From: Chiloscyllium plagiosum
Taxonomy: Eukaryota
Direction: 5' to 3'
Length of the DNA: 45,293 nucleotides
NCBI RefSeq assembly: GCF_004010195.1
Contig: NC_057718.1
Coordinates: forward strand, 41,097,228-41,142,520
Positions 23,940 to 36,462 of this stretch are shown piece by piece; position 1 is the first letter of the stretch, and each line of letters begins with the position of its first letter. The position numbers and the translations under genes are program-made. Under the pieces are notes generated by a model that was not told the origin of the DNA, made no database searches, and saw only the letters and a program-made list of their open reading frames with translations.

Positions 23940-24610
23940 TGCAAAGTAGGAGCACTAGGAGGCCTTTTTGCCTCTCTGCTGGTCAATAAGATCAGAACTG
24001 ATCTGTTTTATTTCAAATTCCACATTCACACCTACCCTTATAACATTTGATCCGTTTTCCTAACAATAATCTATCTACCTCCAACTTAAAAATATTCCGT
24101 GACTCAGCTTCACCATCTTATGAGACAGTTCCAAAGTCACAGCCTCCTGAGAGAAACACATAAATCTCCTCACCTGTATCATAAAAGGGCAACCTCTATT
24201 TTTTTAAATAATGTTCCCTAATTCAGGACTCACCCAAAAGAGGAAATATCCTTTACTGATCCACCCCTGTCAATACCGTTCAGGATCTTATATCCTTCAA
24301 TAAGTCACCCCTCATTCTTCTAAATGCCTGTGGGAACATGGCCAGTCTGTTTGACTACTTATTCTAGGTATTCAGCTTGTACGTCTCTTCTGAACTGCCT
24401 ACTGTACATTTGCACCCTTCAGTAAATGAGACCAAAACTGTGCACAGTATTCAAGATATGGTCTCACCCATGCCCTAATAATATCCTTAATTTTATGTTC
24501 TTTTCCTCTCATAGTAAAGGAAAACATCCATTAATCTTCTTCATTACTTGCTGTACCTCCATACCAATCTTTTGTGACTAAAGAATAAAAATACTCAGAA
24601 CCCACTGCAC
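23940..24610 (-). mobile_element. Degenerate CR1 LINE 3' portion
   Basis: aagtaggagca...gaccaaaactgtgcacagtattc (reverse: EYCAQFW); collinear with 34256-34970. Confidence 0.75.
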
Positions 24611-24728
24611 ATGTTAGATGGACAGAGAGGAACAAAAGACCTTCCAGGGTATATTCTCTACAAATGATTCCTCATGCTCCTTTTTGTCTTTTTCATATTG
24701 GTCCTACTTCTCTGATTATGTCCTTTCG

Positions 24729-24820
24729 AATAAAAACAAAGTGCTGGAAAATGTCAGCATGTCTGAAACAATCCGTGAAGTGAGAAATAAAGTTACTATT
24801 CCAATATGACTCTTCTTTAG
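24729..24820 (-). mobile_element. Old PLE family C-like terminal fragment
   Basis: aaaacaaagtgctggaaaatgtcagcatgtctg...aaagtta...atgactcttc resembles 6992-7130. Confidence 0.45.
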
Positions 24821-26250
24821 GATTAAGAGGCAAAATTTCTAAAGTTCCAAGTTTATCCTGTGTCCAAGTAATCTTCGGATACCCCCAACTGAACGCTTCA
24901 GCCACTATCAGCTGACACTGGAAGCAGACAAGTCTGTTTTTTTAAAATTTGGTTTTGTTAATTAATTGGTGAATAGAGTGAGCAGTAGCTGGTGATAAAT
25001 CAGGTTTTCTCATTTATATTTTCTAAAATAACCTCTGGCAGCTTTAGCGCATGTTTAGCAGGATGGCCTCAGGTGATTTGGAACTCACAGCTTGATGATT
25101 TCATTCAATGTGTCTGGCCTTGTTTTCAAGTGTGTCTTTCCAGCATTAAGAGCTGCATTGAAAGAATAGCTCACATGTCCAAATTGGACACCTTGATAAC
25201 ATGCTACTGCACCAGATGGTCTGCTGCTTCTCTAGCAAATAGTAACAATGGCAACAATTAATTTTTCATTTTTCTTTCCAAAGGGTAGCATCCTTAACTT
25301 GTTTCTGATCATTGACCTGTTTTCTCTTATGTAAAACTTTGAAAATATTTTAACTAATTTGACTCACTTTTCCCAATCAGCTTCTATGCAATTTACCTGC
25401 ACAAATGTATGAACATAACAGTTAAAGACATGGGTACTATATACAATTTACTGTTGGGTTAAATGCAATCAACAATTTACTCCTAACCTAATGGCCCAGA
25501 GTTTGCTGTAAGGAAGTCAGAAGGTCATTATTACAGGGTAAATCTGATAACAATTTCTGGCATTCACTCCTGCACAGTTATATAGGGAATAATCTCTCTG
25601 ACTGTAAATTTTAATTTTCCAAGTGTGGAGATTTACTCTCTCAAAGAAAATTAACATTACAGAGTTAAATTTTGCTTTGATTACTTTTTCTATTTCTTTC
25701 TTTTAACTTTCTCCTTTAATCAATATTCTTTCCCACCTTTATTTTGTTTCTGTGCATGACTTTCAAATAAGCTATATCCTTTATTTAACTCACTGGTTTG
25801 CAATCTGCATGGCTCAATGCAAATACTTCAGTTGGATTAGTTGAAGACTCATGGTGCTGCTTGCTCTATTTACCTGTCGAGAATTCTGCAGAATGGGATT
25901 TGTAGGAAGCTCTGCTGACTAGCCGACAAACATCTGTGGGCATCAGTTTGAAAGGTTTTCGATGAAACACATTCTTTTGCACAAATGGCAAAATTTCAAT
26001 TTTTGCTTTTCTCATCAAACATTGGTGTTTTATGAAATGAGGACTTAAAGGCCATTGATTAAGCGGCCCAGGCATTTTGGTGTGATGACAAGTGACTATT
26101 GGGAATGTATTTCTCGAAGCATTTTGAGATTGTGGTTTGTTTTTTTTACCATGATTGTTTTCTTTGAAGTGGAGATGAAATTACACTATTTATAAAATCA
26201 CTGCCATGAAGAAAATGGAATCTGTTTTACGTACGTCTAACATTAAGTGA

Positions 26251-26456
26251 TAGAACATAGAACAATACAGCGCAGAACATGCCCTACAGCCCTCGATGTT
26301 GCGTCGACCTGTGAACTATTCTCAGTTTGTCCCTCTACACTATCCCTAAATCATCCATGTGCTTATCTAAGGATTGTTTAAATCTCACTAATGTGGCTGA
26401 GTTGACTACATTAGCAAGTAGTGCATTCCACGCCCTTACCACTCTTTGCGTAAAGA
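26251..26456 (-). mobile_element. CR1 LINE 3' end
   Basis: tagaacatagaaca tail repeat, then tacagcgcagaacatgccctacagccctcgatgttgcg; reverse-complement homologue of 14480-14700. Confidence 0.8.
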
Positions 26457-26559
26457 TGGCTCAGAAATTGTTCAATAGTTGCTAGTTAATGACCAAATGA
26501 TCAATGTCAGTTGGAACCTCAATTATTTGATTTTGATTTTTCCTAATTAATCTGGTCTG

Positions 26560-26647
26560 AGAGATTAGGATACCTCTGAAGCAGGTGGGATAAGAACATG
26601 GGCCTCCTGGCTCAGAGGGAGGGACCCTACCCTTGCACAAGTGCCTC
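26560..26647 (-). mobile_element. Short tRNA-derived SINE (family E), solo copy
   Basis: Reverse complement gggtagggtccctccctctgagccaggaggccc...tcccacctgcttcagagg matches the units at 35757-36122. Confidence 0.6.
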
Positions 26648-27939
26648 TAAAACATCTCAAGCAGTGACTAAAGGACATATTCAAGCCTTTGCCTGTGTTA
26701 CCAGGTCATGGCAATACGGCAGCGGTAGGTTTAGTGCTGGAATCTCCATTCATACCCTATGCCATTCAAAAAAATCAAGACAACAGAGCACTGGAGAGCC
26801 AATGAGAGAAGCAAAAAGCTAAAGAGAGAAGCAGAAGAGCTAAGAGGGACAGGAACATTAAGAAACAGGAAGAGAGAACATCAATATAGCAAAGACAGGA
26901 AAACAGTGACTAGATTCTCTAGATTGGCTTGGGCAACACTACATTAGAGGAAAATAACATCAAATCACCTGAGGCACAGTGAGAGGTAAGGACATTGCTT
27001 CGATATAAAATGACATGAATGATTCCCATCTTATTTTTGTTTAATCCAGGGATGAAGTCAGTAAGGCCTGCCATATTTGTGCTATTACCTGAGCAGGTGG
27101 GCTTTGTCCTATGTGCTCTTTCAATTAGTCAGCATCATACGTCTATTGCATGCTGCTATTTTGAGAAACAGCAGCGTAAATTTGGTAAACTGACCTGCGC
27201 CATTGGTACTGAGATCAGTGGTTGGGTCGCTGTTGTTCAATGAGATTATAGATCACATGGATTCCAACAAATGACAGGCATATTACACAGCTGGAGCTCA
27301 CAGTTTAATTTGGTCACCATTTGTTGGTATTCATTGGATCGGCCACCTTGTTCAATCTTGGGCATTGTGCTAAAGGTGCATCCAGTGGATCTGGAGAACC
27401 CCTGAAGAAATTTCTCCTGGAACCAAATCCAGTGAGTCTGAAGGCCAGAATTCCAGGTTCTCTGACCCAGTGCCCAAGAGCTTCTAGGGTTGCTTTCTAT
27501 GCTGCAATTATGGAAACAGAACCGGTGGACAGCGGAACACTGCTACGAAGGAAAAGTTTGTAGTCTGCAACAAAACTAGCAATGCTGAAAGGATCTCTGC
27601 TGTGATGGAAAGGATTCCTTAAGGTATGAGAAGCCGTTGGACTGGATCAAGACTACTGTCATTTCTTGCATAGCCAGGGCAAGTGACAATGGAGTGAAGG
27701 GTGGCAAGATCATTCATTCAACAAACTTGTTTTCAAAGCAGAACTTGCAGAGTTGGTGAGTCTGTGATCCCTTCTGGTGCCAATATAGTTATCAATGGAT
27801 TTTATTGCCATTTGTTTCCCCCACAGGTTGACAGCTGGCCTTCTAAGGCTGTCAACTCTCTTCCTTGTCTGTCTTTTTTGGACACTCTTTCTTAGTTTCT
27901 CCTGGAATAATACTGGCACCCTGTTAAGTCCCACTTCAC

Positions 27940-28370
27940 TGGTTGAATATTCTGCTCAGGGAACAATACCTCATTTTCCACTGAGACACGTTTCAGCCTT
28001 TCAGGCTCAATATTGAATTCCACGACTTCAAAGTTTAAGCACATGACATCTGACTTTCATTTTTCCTATGCTCTCCCAACCACCATCCCTTCTCCATTGC
28101 AGTGTTTTGTTTACTTTGCTTTCAGCAGAAAAGACCCATTTTCTGCCTTCCACATCTTAATTTTCTTAGTTTACATTTCTAATTCACTTTCAACACAATT
28201 AGCAATGCTTTGCCTTCTGCATTGGACATCCATATGATCTATTCCTTTTGTCCCTCTACCACTTCTGTCAAAAGGATTAGAGACACCATTTTCCAATGCC
28301 TTTCACTTCTGAATAGTTATATCAGACTTGAAATTTTAACCCTGCCTCTCTTTCCACAGACGCTGTCAGA
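27940..28370 (+). mobile_element. Old Penelope-like element: ORF C-terminus plus 3' UTR
   Basis: 27961-28038 translates EQYLIFH*DTFQPFRLNIEFHDFKV*, resembling the PLE GIY-YIG C-terminal I...T..P.GLN motif; followed by a pyrimidine-rich UTR and a family C-like end (gaaattttaac...tccacagacgctg). Confidence 0.6.
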
Positions 28371-31300
28371 ATGGAGTGGGACTTTATTTGTGGTTAAGTT
28401 AGGTGCATATAAGTGGTTGGACTGTTTTGCTATTTGTTATTTAATGAGGAATTGTGCTTATCATTAGAAATTTGACCCATAAAGGGACAAAGCTTTATCA
28501 CAGAGTTAGTTCCAGTATCTGGAGAACACTAGGAACAAATCACTCTGAAATTTCTGCTGCCTTATTGGCAGAAATGTGAGGTGTTCTTCACAACTCTATC
28601 CTGGAAATTATACTAGGAGTTGTCAGAGTATACAAAGTCTTGGGGAGGTGATGTCTAATTTACATAGGTCGAGTAGATGAAATGCGTGTATGGTCACATC
28701 TTTAGCAACCACATGTAGCTTTAAATTATATTTCCTGCCAGCTACTAAGAGGAGGAATAGGTATTGTTTTGCATAACTACTTCCCACCTACCACTGGTGA
28801 ACTTGTAGCACCTCAACTCAGTGGATATACTGTCCTTCAGAAAAAAAACTTGGGTCCTGGCTCAGTCAATGGAGGAGGACCTCCCATGCTAGAGACTTCC
28901 TGCCATGCACCATGCCTGCAAGGTGATTAGCTCTGTTGCGATTGAGAATTGTTCCACAGTTTTTAAGATATACCTAAAAACTGTGAACAGCAGAGACAGG
29001 TGAAACCAGGTCTCCACACTTTGCTGGCATATTCCTTTAGCTCCATTTCCAAAATCTGCTGGTACACTCTCCCACATAAAGAATATGTATTTTCTTTGGA
29101 AAGAGGTAAACTGTATAAAGTTTACATTGCTTCCTACAAAAAAAGGTGGCTCAGACAGCACAAGCCATAACCTGCAAAATCTCCCTGGGTGGCAAAACAG
29201 TGGCAGAAGCAGATGGTCTTACCCAATCGTATTTACGGGGGAATCGTAATAAAGTGTGCTTTATTTGGGCTAAGGTTTCATAGGACCATATGCATTCATT
29301 GTGAAAAAAAGGAATTACACACATGAATTTTATTTAGGTATGCACTGCAGATGGTAGAGCCATGCTCAATATCTTGAAATGTTATTTGCTTAACAGGCAT
29401 GCAGTGTGGGACTGCTTGTGACTACTGTATGCTTCTTGTTTATACAGAGAGTAATCATTTATTCTGACCATTATATTTAGTTGTTCACAAAATGTTCATT
29501 CATTTCACAGTGCAATCCTCATAAGAATTTTCTGCTCTCATAACTTAGTGCTGATTTACTTGTAATGGAACGCTCTTTTCAAACTGTGGGTCTTTATATG
29601 CATCTATTCTTAACTTGGTGCAAATTAGTAGACTGTAACGAAAGGTTAGATTATATGTACTTGTTATATGTGTTGTAAATATAGCACAAAATGCATTTTT
29701 GGAATGAAAGCAGACCTTATGGCAGCTAGTCATGGATTTACCTCAGTTTCATCAGTACTGTATTTGCTACTGGGCCAAGAATGTATTTTGTCCTTGGCAC
29801 CATGGTTTAAAAGTATTTTAAATGGGTGAGGAGCCATGATACTGCAGTATCCATTTTTTCAGTTGCCACTGGAGAGCAGCAGTTTGTAATCTTAGCAAGA
29901 TTGAACATTTCCAAAGTAAAAGCCTCTTTTTTTTTAAGAGAGGGGGTTGGATTATTCCTGCAAAGACAACATTTTTTAGTTTCTTTATTTCAGTTAGTGA
30001 ACTTTTTTTGGAAAAGAGGCAAGACTATTTTAAAGGAAGGAAACTGTGTGAAGGGATGGCTGCAGTTATAAAAGTTATGTTTACTGGACCATGTTGTGAG
30101 AAGTGTACAACATTGCATTTTCCTGGAACAGTGAGAGCAAAAGCAGATGCCACAGAGCTGATCAATTCTGAACTATATGAGGCAACAGTGTTATGACTGG
30201 CTCCTGATCAGGTGTGGGGCCAGTGCGCAAAGAATCGTTGAGTTTACAAAGTGAAAATTGCAAACAAGTCTCTGCCGCTCCTACTCTCACTCTTGCTCTC
30301 TTCTTGTGTGACGGTTGTGGAAAATCTCCCGTAACAGCTAACTGTCCCAAACTAATTTTTCTCTGCAAATCTCCTGTTGAAGGAACAATAAATCATCTTT
30401 GTGTCTGCACTGTAAATCAAGACAGAAATACTGTGAGCCTTTAAGCTCTGGCTGAGGGAGTAAAGCACAAAAGGGCAAGATAGAAATGCTATCAGCATTG
30501 AGGTCAATACAATATGAGTGAGCATGAAGAGAGAAAGTGAAAAATCCTGAGGTGCACCTTGGACTAATCCATGCAAAGTGTCCTGTAACAGCATTGTAAT
30601 GAAGCTCCAAAGTGCAGCACTGAAGTGTGGAACCTTATTTGGAGTGGATTTAAGAATTTGCTATGAGGGTGTGAAGAAGCTGATGTGTATGCAAGGCCAA
30701 TACCTGCGGACAGGGGATATAGGTGTTCATTGCTCATGGAGTATACCCTGAGATGTAGGTAACTGCTGTCCAAGAGGGAGAGCCGGGGAACATGCAACAA
30801 CTTTTCCAACATTTCTAAAACAATGAAGACTATCTCAAATCCTTACACGTGAGGAGAGTGACTGGGTACCTTTTCTGACTTTCATATTGGGAATTGTCAG
30901 TCTAGTTTCTGGTCAGTGGATGGGAGAATAAGAAACTGAATATCAATAAAATGTGATGAATTAATAACGGGATGTCAATGCTTGCATAGGGATGCAAGTA
31001 AGCCTTTCACTGGCAAGATTCTTATCTTGCCATTCAACACTTGGTTTGAAAATGAGACTTTTTGGTCTTAGAGTATAGATCTTGTTTCATTTAAACCTTT
31101 AATGCAATGTGAACATCACAAGAACGACCAATGTTTATTATCCATTCCCAAATTCCCTTGAATTGAGTGCCTGCTGAGTCATTTCAAAGTGCAGTTAAGA
31201 GTCACATGTAGGCTAGGCTTAATTTCTTTTCTAGTGACACTAAGACTAAATTGCTATTGGTTCATTTGAAAGGATTTGAGATGGTCTTCATCATTTTAGA

Positions 31301-31689
31301 AATGTTGGAAAAGTTGAGGGAGTTCACAGCCTGCAACAGTAGTAGCCTGCTGGGTGTGTAGGATTTAAAATTTACTGTGATAGTTTGATAGTAATCTGGC
31401 ATTATAGGCGTTGAGTTCTCCTGTACAATGCCAGCAATGATTCATGCTGAAGATCCCCATTTTATATGAATAGTACCATATGTTGACTGAATTCCAAAGC
31501 ATTGCACATTTCTTCTTTACCCCAACTGCCGGGTGATTCAGGGATACGAATAAAAGAGGAAGTATAAAGAAAACAACTGTTAAAGTGCTGTCAAACGGAT
31601 ACAGCAAAAATGTTATTAAATCGTATAGAGCAATTCTATAAAAAATTGCATTAATGTCAAATTAAAATTTAGAATAGAGCCAATTTTAA

Positions 31690-32090
31690 AATTGGAAAGC
31701 AAAAGGAGAGGCAGGACAGACCTAACAGTCTATAATTGTTGAACTCAGTGTTGAGTCCAGAAGGCTGTCATGTTCTTTCATCATGATTCCTGTTTATGTT
31801 TTGTTCATTTTCTTTACTTTCTGACAGCAGCACACCTGCTGTAGCCATATCATTTGTTTCTTTTCTTTCTCCATTATATTCTCTTTGAGCCTATAAAATT
31901 AATTGCTTTCTTTTAATCTCTCTTGTCTTATCAAAGATGTTGTTTTGTCCTTATCCCACCAGTCCTTTGGTCAAAACCTATTACATGTCTAACTAATCCC
32001 ATATCTGATGAATGGTGATTGATTTGAAATGTGAACTCTGTTTCTCCCCACCTGATCCATTGAATACTTCTAGCACTTTTTGTTTTTGTA
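31690..32090. mobile_element. Old PLE remnants in opposite orientations
   Basis: Minus 31731-31766 translates QPSGLNTEFNNY (PLE ORF end). Plus 31780-32090 is a pyrimidine-rich UTR ending CTGATGAa...GAAAtgtgaactctgtttctc...tctagcactttttgttttt. Confidence 0.55.
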
Positions 32091-32402
32091 ATCAACTCTT
32101 TATTACATGAGCCTTTGCTTTCTACAAGAAAGTATATTTCTTTCCACTTGAATTTTCTTTTTTGTCAGAATGTTGCGGGTAACAATATTTATGATTGTTT
32201 GAGAATGTTGTGGGTTAGCCCAGTGGCTGTGGTGCAATGGATCACAGTAAGCAGAGGAGGTTGTTGGATATGGATTGCTCAAAGTCTCCTAAGTGCCCTG
32301 GAAGCTTGTGATTAAAGTATTTATTTTCTTAAGCTTTCATAATTTTAAAGCATCAACATGGTGGGGAAAAGCTTTGTGGAAGAGTTACACAATTAAAATA
32401 AT

Positions 32403-32683
32403 GTGATTCGATTACTTACAGTGTGGAAACAGGTCCTTCGGCCCAACAAGTCCACACCGACCTTCTGAAGAGCAACCCACCCAGACCCATTCTCCTACAT
32501 TTACCTCTTCACCTAACACTACAGGAAATTCACCTAACCTGCACATTTTTGGATTGTGGGAGGAAACCGGAGCATCCGGAGAAAACCCACGCAGACACAG
32601 GGAGAATGTGCAAACTCCACACAGTCAGTTGCCTGAGGCAGCTGTGAGGCAGCAGTGCTAACTGCTGTGCCACCGTGCTGCCC
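32403..32683 (-). mobile_element. HE1-type shark SINE (internal deletions)
   Basis: cagtgtggaaacaggtccttcggcccaacaagtccacacc...ggagaatgtgcaaactccacacag...gcagcagtgctaactgctgtgccaccgtgctgccc. Confidence 0.9.
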
Positions 32684-34255
32684 ACAGTTAACACAACATG
32701 GCAGAGGTATGTGCTCAGTTGAGCACCTGTTTCATTTATTATTTATTGATTTCTAACTCTTTCTTTTCTCCTTTTTCCAGCTTAGTGAAAGTTTAACCCC
32801 AGTTTTGGAGTTGCTTCACAGTACACCAAATCCTCATTATCAAAACAAAAATGCAGATACCTTGAGTATGTAACTCTCCTATTTAACATGAAGGATTGCT
32901 TGATCAGACTGTATGCTTCTTTGAGAAGAGAAGGATGGCTCTGGGCGACTTCATAAGTACAGAGATACATTGGTAACAAATCCATGGATAATGAGGCGTG
33001 AGTGTACAGTAAATGGTTCCACTTTTGTTACTGGTTGTGAATCCAGCTAGTATACAATAATAATTCCAAAATGTTCTTAAAGGACAGTACTGCAGTGAAG
33101 AATGAGAAACAATGGACAGTCACTTAAAATAGCAAAATATATAATACCTCAGTGGTTGAATTAAATAGACTACTTTAAAAAAGCACTGCAGATGGTTATA
33201 AATTACAATCTGTGTCATGCCATCGTTGTCTGTATCAATACTTTGTGCATTCAGCATTCCACTTTTTAGGCATCACAATAACTTAGCACTAATATATGGC
33301 CAATAAAATAGTCTTTACAGCAAAGTTGCTTAAGATTGTTACATTGGCAGAGGGCACAGTTTATAAATAGCAAGCTGTGATGTAATTTGCCGATCTTACT
33401 GATAATTATATAAAAAATTAGCTGCAGTACTTTAATGCCATGCTATGATTTTCTAATTGGGCAAACAATTTAGCTCTCCCTAATCTAACTTAGCGATAAA
33501 AATCAGATGTATAAAAAATATTCTTAACAGCTGCCACCCCCACCCCTACTACACTTGAGGAACTAATGGTTTTCATTCTAAAATTCTGTACCCTGTACTC
33601 TTGCACTGCTGTAAAATGCTATTGCATGGCCTATTGTTTTGTTGTTTGTCACATTCACAAATCCTGTTCCTGACTTTGTGTCCTGCTTCCTTTGAACTAT
33701 GCACCCTTGGACTGATCTATTGATATTTTGGAATAACTTATTTTCATCAAGATTACATGTATGGCTATGGCTCTGAATGAATTAGTGTTAAAGTTTCATT
33801 AAGTTCCACTCAACCTGATGGTGATATATGGCATTTAGGTGGTAAGTCAGGGAGTCTGAGATAACACTCTTGTGGTGAGAGTGTCATCTTTGCATTGTTA
33901 TTGTTTGTAATTATGCTGATATAGGTAATGTTATTTCTACTTCTTGCTGACATCCAATTAACTCCATTTTAGTGCCGAAGATGTGTGTCACTTCTGGTTG
34001 AGACTCTCTTGCTGATAGGCACAGCATAGAAAAGAAGATTCCGAGGCAATGTTATTTTGATTTAGAAAGTTTTCATTTCCTTGTGTAAGTTTCTGTTAAC
34101 CGTTAATCTGTCGTTGTGTTACAATGTCCCATTAAAGGGTATTTCACCCAAGTTTATTTGTTTCTAAAAAGCAGAAAAGAGGATTGGTGGTGTAGTGGCC
34201 TAAGGCACTGGATTACAGCACCAACATTTGAGACTCTTGTGGTGCGGTGGTAGTT

Positions 34256-34970
34256 AGACCATAAGACATAGGAGAAGAAATTAGGCCGTTCAGTCCATCA
34301 AGTCTGCTCTGCTATTCAATCATGGCTGATAAGTTTCTCAAACACCATTCAGCTGCTTCCTCCATGTAACCCTTGATACTCTAGAACCAGTCCATCTCAG
34401 TTTTAAATATACTCAATGACCTGGCCTCCACAGCCTTCTGTGGCAATGAATTCTGTAGATTCACCACTTTCTGGCTGAAGAAATTTCTCCTTTTTCTCTG
34501 TGCTAAAATGTCTTCCCTTTACTCTAAGGCTATGCCGTAGGGTCCTAGTCTTTCCTACCAATGGAAACATCCTTCCAACATCAACTCTGTCCAGGCCATT
34601 CAGTATTCTGTAAGTTTCAATTAGATCCCTCCTCATCCTTTTAAACTCGATTGAGTATAAACCCAGAGTCCTCAGATGTTCCTCATATGTTAAGCTTTTC
34701 ATTCCTGGGACCATTCTCGTGAACCTCCTTTGAACCCACTCCGGGGCCAGTACATCCTTCTTGAGATATGGGGTCCAATACTGCACGCTATACTCCAGTT
34801 GTCTGACTAGAGTCTTTTAGAGCCTCAGAACTACATCCCAGCTTTTATATTCAAGTCCTCTCAAAATAAATGCCACTATTGCATTTGCCTTCCTAACTAC
34901 TGACTCAACCTGCAAGTTTATCCTGAGAGAATCCTGGACTAGAACTCCCAAGTCTCTTTGCAGTTCAGAG
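34256..34970 (-). mobile_element. CR1 LINE 3' portion inserted into a family E SINE head
   Basis: Minus ORFs QYWTPYLKKDVLAPEWVQRRFTRMVPGMKSLTYEEHLRTLGLYS and QRDLGVLVQDSL; tail agaccataagacatagg. The host reads gtggtgcggtggtagt before the insertion and ttctcgccctctggatcaggagacctgggttcaagtgccc after it. Confidence 0.9.
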
Positions 34971-35259
34971 TTTCTCGCCCTCTGGATCAGGAGACCTGGG
35001 TTCAAGTGCCCACCTGCTCCAGTGGTGTGTCACAACTATCGGAACTGGGAGCAAAGTAGTGATCACTGGCCTGATAGAGGCCTTCAGAAACCAGGGGGCA
35101 CTGCAGGGGCTGGGGTACATCATCATCACTCCAGACAATGTTATTTTGATTAGGTAAGTTTTGATTCACCTGAAGTAAGCTTCTCTTGACTGTTAGTTTG
35201 AATTTTTGTTACAATGCACCACCAAGAGGTTGTTAACCATTCGTATTAATTTATAATTT

Positions 35260-35555
35260 TGGCTCAGTGGTTGGCACTGCTGCCTCGCAGCGCCAGAGAC
35301 CTGGGTTTGATTCCAGCCTCGGGTGACTGTCTGCGTGGAGTTTGCACATTCTCCCTGTGTCTGCGTGGGTTTCCTCTGGGTGCTCCAGTTTCCTCCCACA
35401 GTTCAAAGATGTGCAGTTCAGGTGAATTGGCCATGTTAAATTGCCCATAGTGATAGGTGCATTAGTAGGGAGTAGGTGAATGTGTCTGGGAGGATTAGTG
35501 TGGACTTGTTGGGCCGAAGGGCCTGTTTCTGCACTGTAGTGAATCAAATCAAATC
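35260..35555 (+). mobile_element. HE1-type shark SINE
   Basis: tggctcagtggttggcactgctgcctcgcagcgccagagacctgggtttgattccagcctcggg...gggccgaagggcctgtttctgcactgtagtgaatcaaatcaaatc. Confidence 0.9.
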
Positions 35556-35627
35556 AAAACAATAGAAACGTGGATTGTGGTCTAGTGGTCTAAAGCACTG
35601 GATTAAAGCAACAACATTTGAGATTTT

Positions 35628-36122
35628 TTTAATACGGCAGCACTGTCCCAACCTCTGAGCTAGAAGATCTAGTTCAAGGTCCTTCTGACTCAGATGTGTA
35701 TCATAACATGTCTGAACAGGTTGATCAAAAATATCCAGAAGATTTATAGCAATTTTAGGGCTCTTGTGGTACAATGGTAGTGTCCCTGCCTCTGAGTTAG
35801 AAGGCTGAAGGTGATGTCCCACCTGATTCAGAGCTATGTCTAAATGAGTTGATGAAAATATCTATGAATGCATGGTTTAAGGACTTTGGTGGCACAGTGG
35901 TAGTGTCCCTACTCTGGGCCAGAAGGTCTAAGTTCAAAGACTTACCTGTACTAGAAATGTCTCACACTATATCTGAAAAATATGTTTCAAAATATAATTC
36001 AAGGAATATGCAGGACAGTGGTAGTGTACCTTCATCTGAACTAGAAAGTCTGGGTCCAAGTCTTACTTGCTCCAGAGTGGCATCTTTGCACAACTAACAA
36101 AGTTGATTAAAAATATCTAGAA
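35628..36122 (+). repeat. Head-to-tail array of four diverged ~120-bp tRNA-like (family E) units
   Basis: Units start near 35628, 35757, 35880 and 36008. Pattern: gtgg.aca.tggtagtgtccct.cctctgag..agaagg...gttcaag.c..acctg...cagag...gttgat.aaaatatct, with A-box-like and B-box-like motifs. Confidence 0.75.
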
Positions 36123-36462
36123 ATCAGATAGCAAGAGAACAGCTTCAAATAAGATTTTACTCCGCAGTATATACCTTCAGTGAGTTGGAACTCCTCTGAC
36201 TTCCACCACCTCCTGACACTCAATCACATGTTCCATCCAGGAGTCATCATATTCAATACGTAGGAGGAAACCTTGATGACTTTTGCAGGGGAGGGACATT
36301 GAAATCTGATTGAAGATTTAAGACGCATGCTTATCATAGCCGAGACTGCCAGGTAAAGCACAAAAGACTTCAGGTGGAATTTCTTTTTGCTCTCCTATGA
36401 TCTATGTGTAGTAAAATTCTGGCAACTATAACTTAAGCTGTCACAATGAATGCCTTACTCAC

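Larger units (their letters stand above)
34040..35750 (+). repeat. Old two-unit tandem duplication (unit 1 ~34040-35130, unit 2 ~35131-35750)
   Basis: caatgttattttgatt...gtaag...tgttacaatg occurs at 34047 and 35136; ggatt(g)gtgg..tagtgg.ctaa.gcactggatta.agca.caacatttgaga occurs at 34181 and 35571. Confidence 0.75.

Noticed and set aside
35628..36122. CRISPR array or functional tRNA gene cluster
   Set aside because: Eukaryotic context, whole units are homologous (no unique spacers), and cloverleaf stems are broken.
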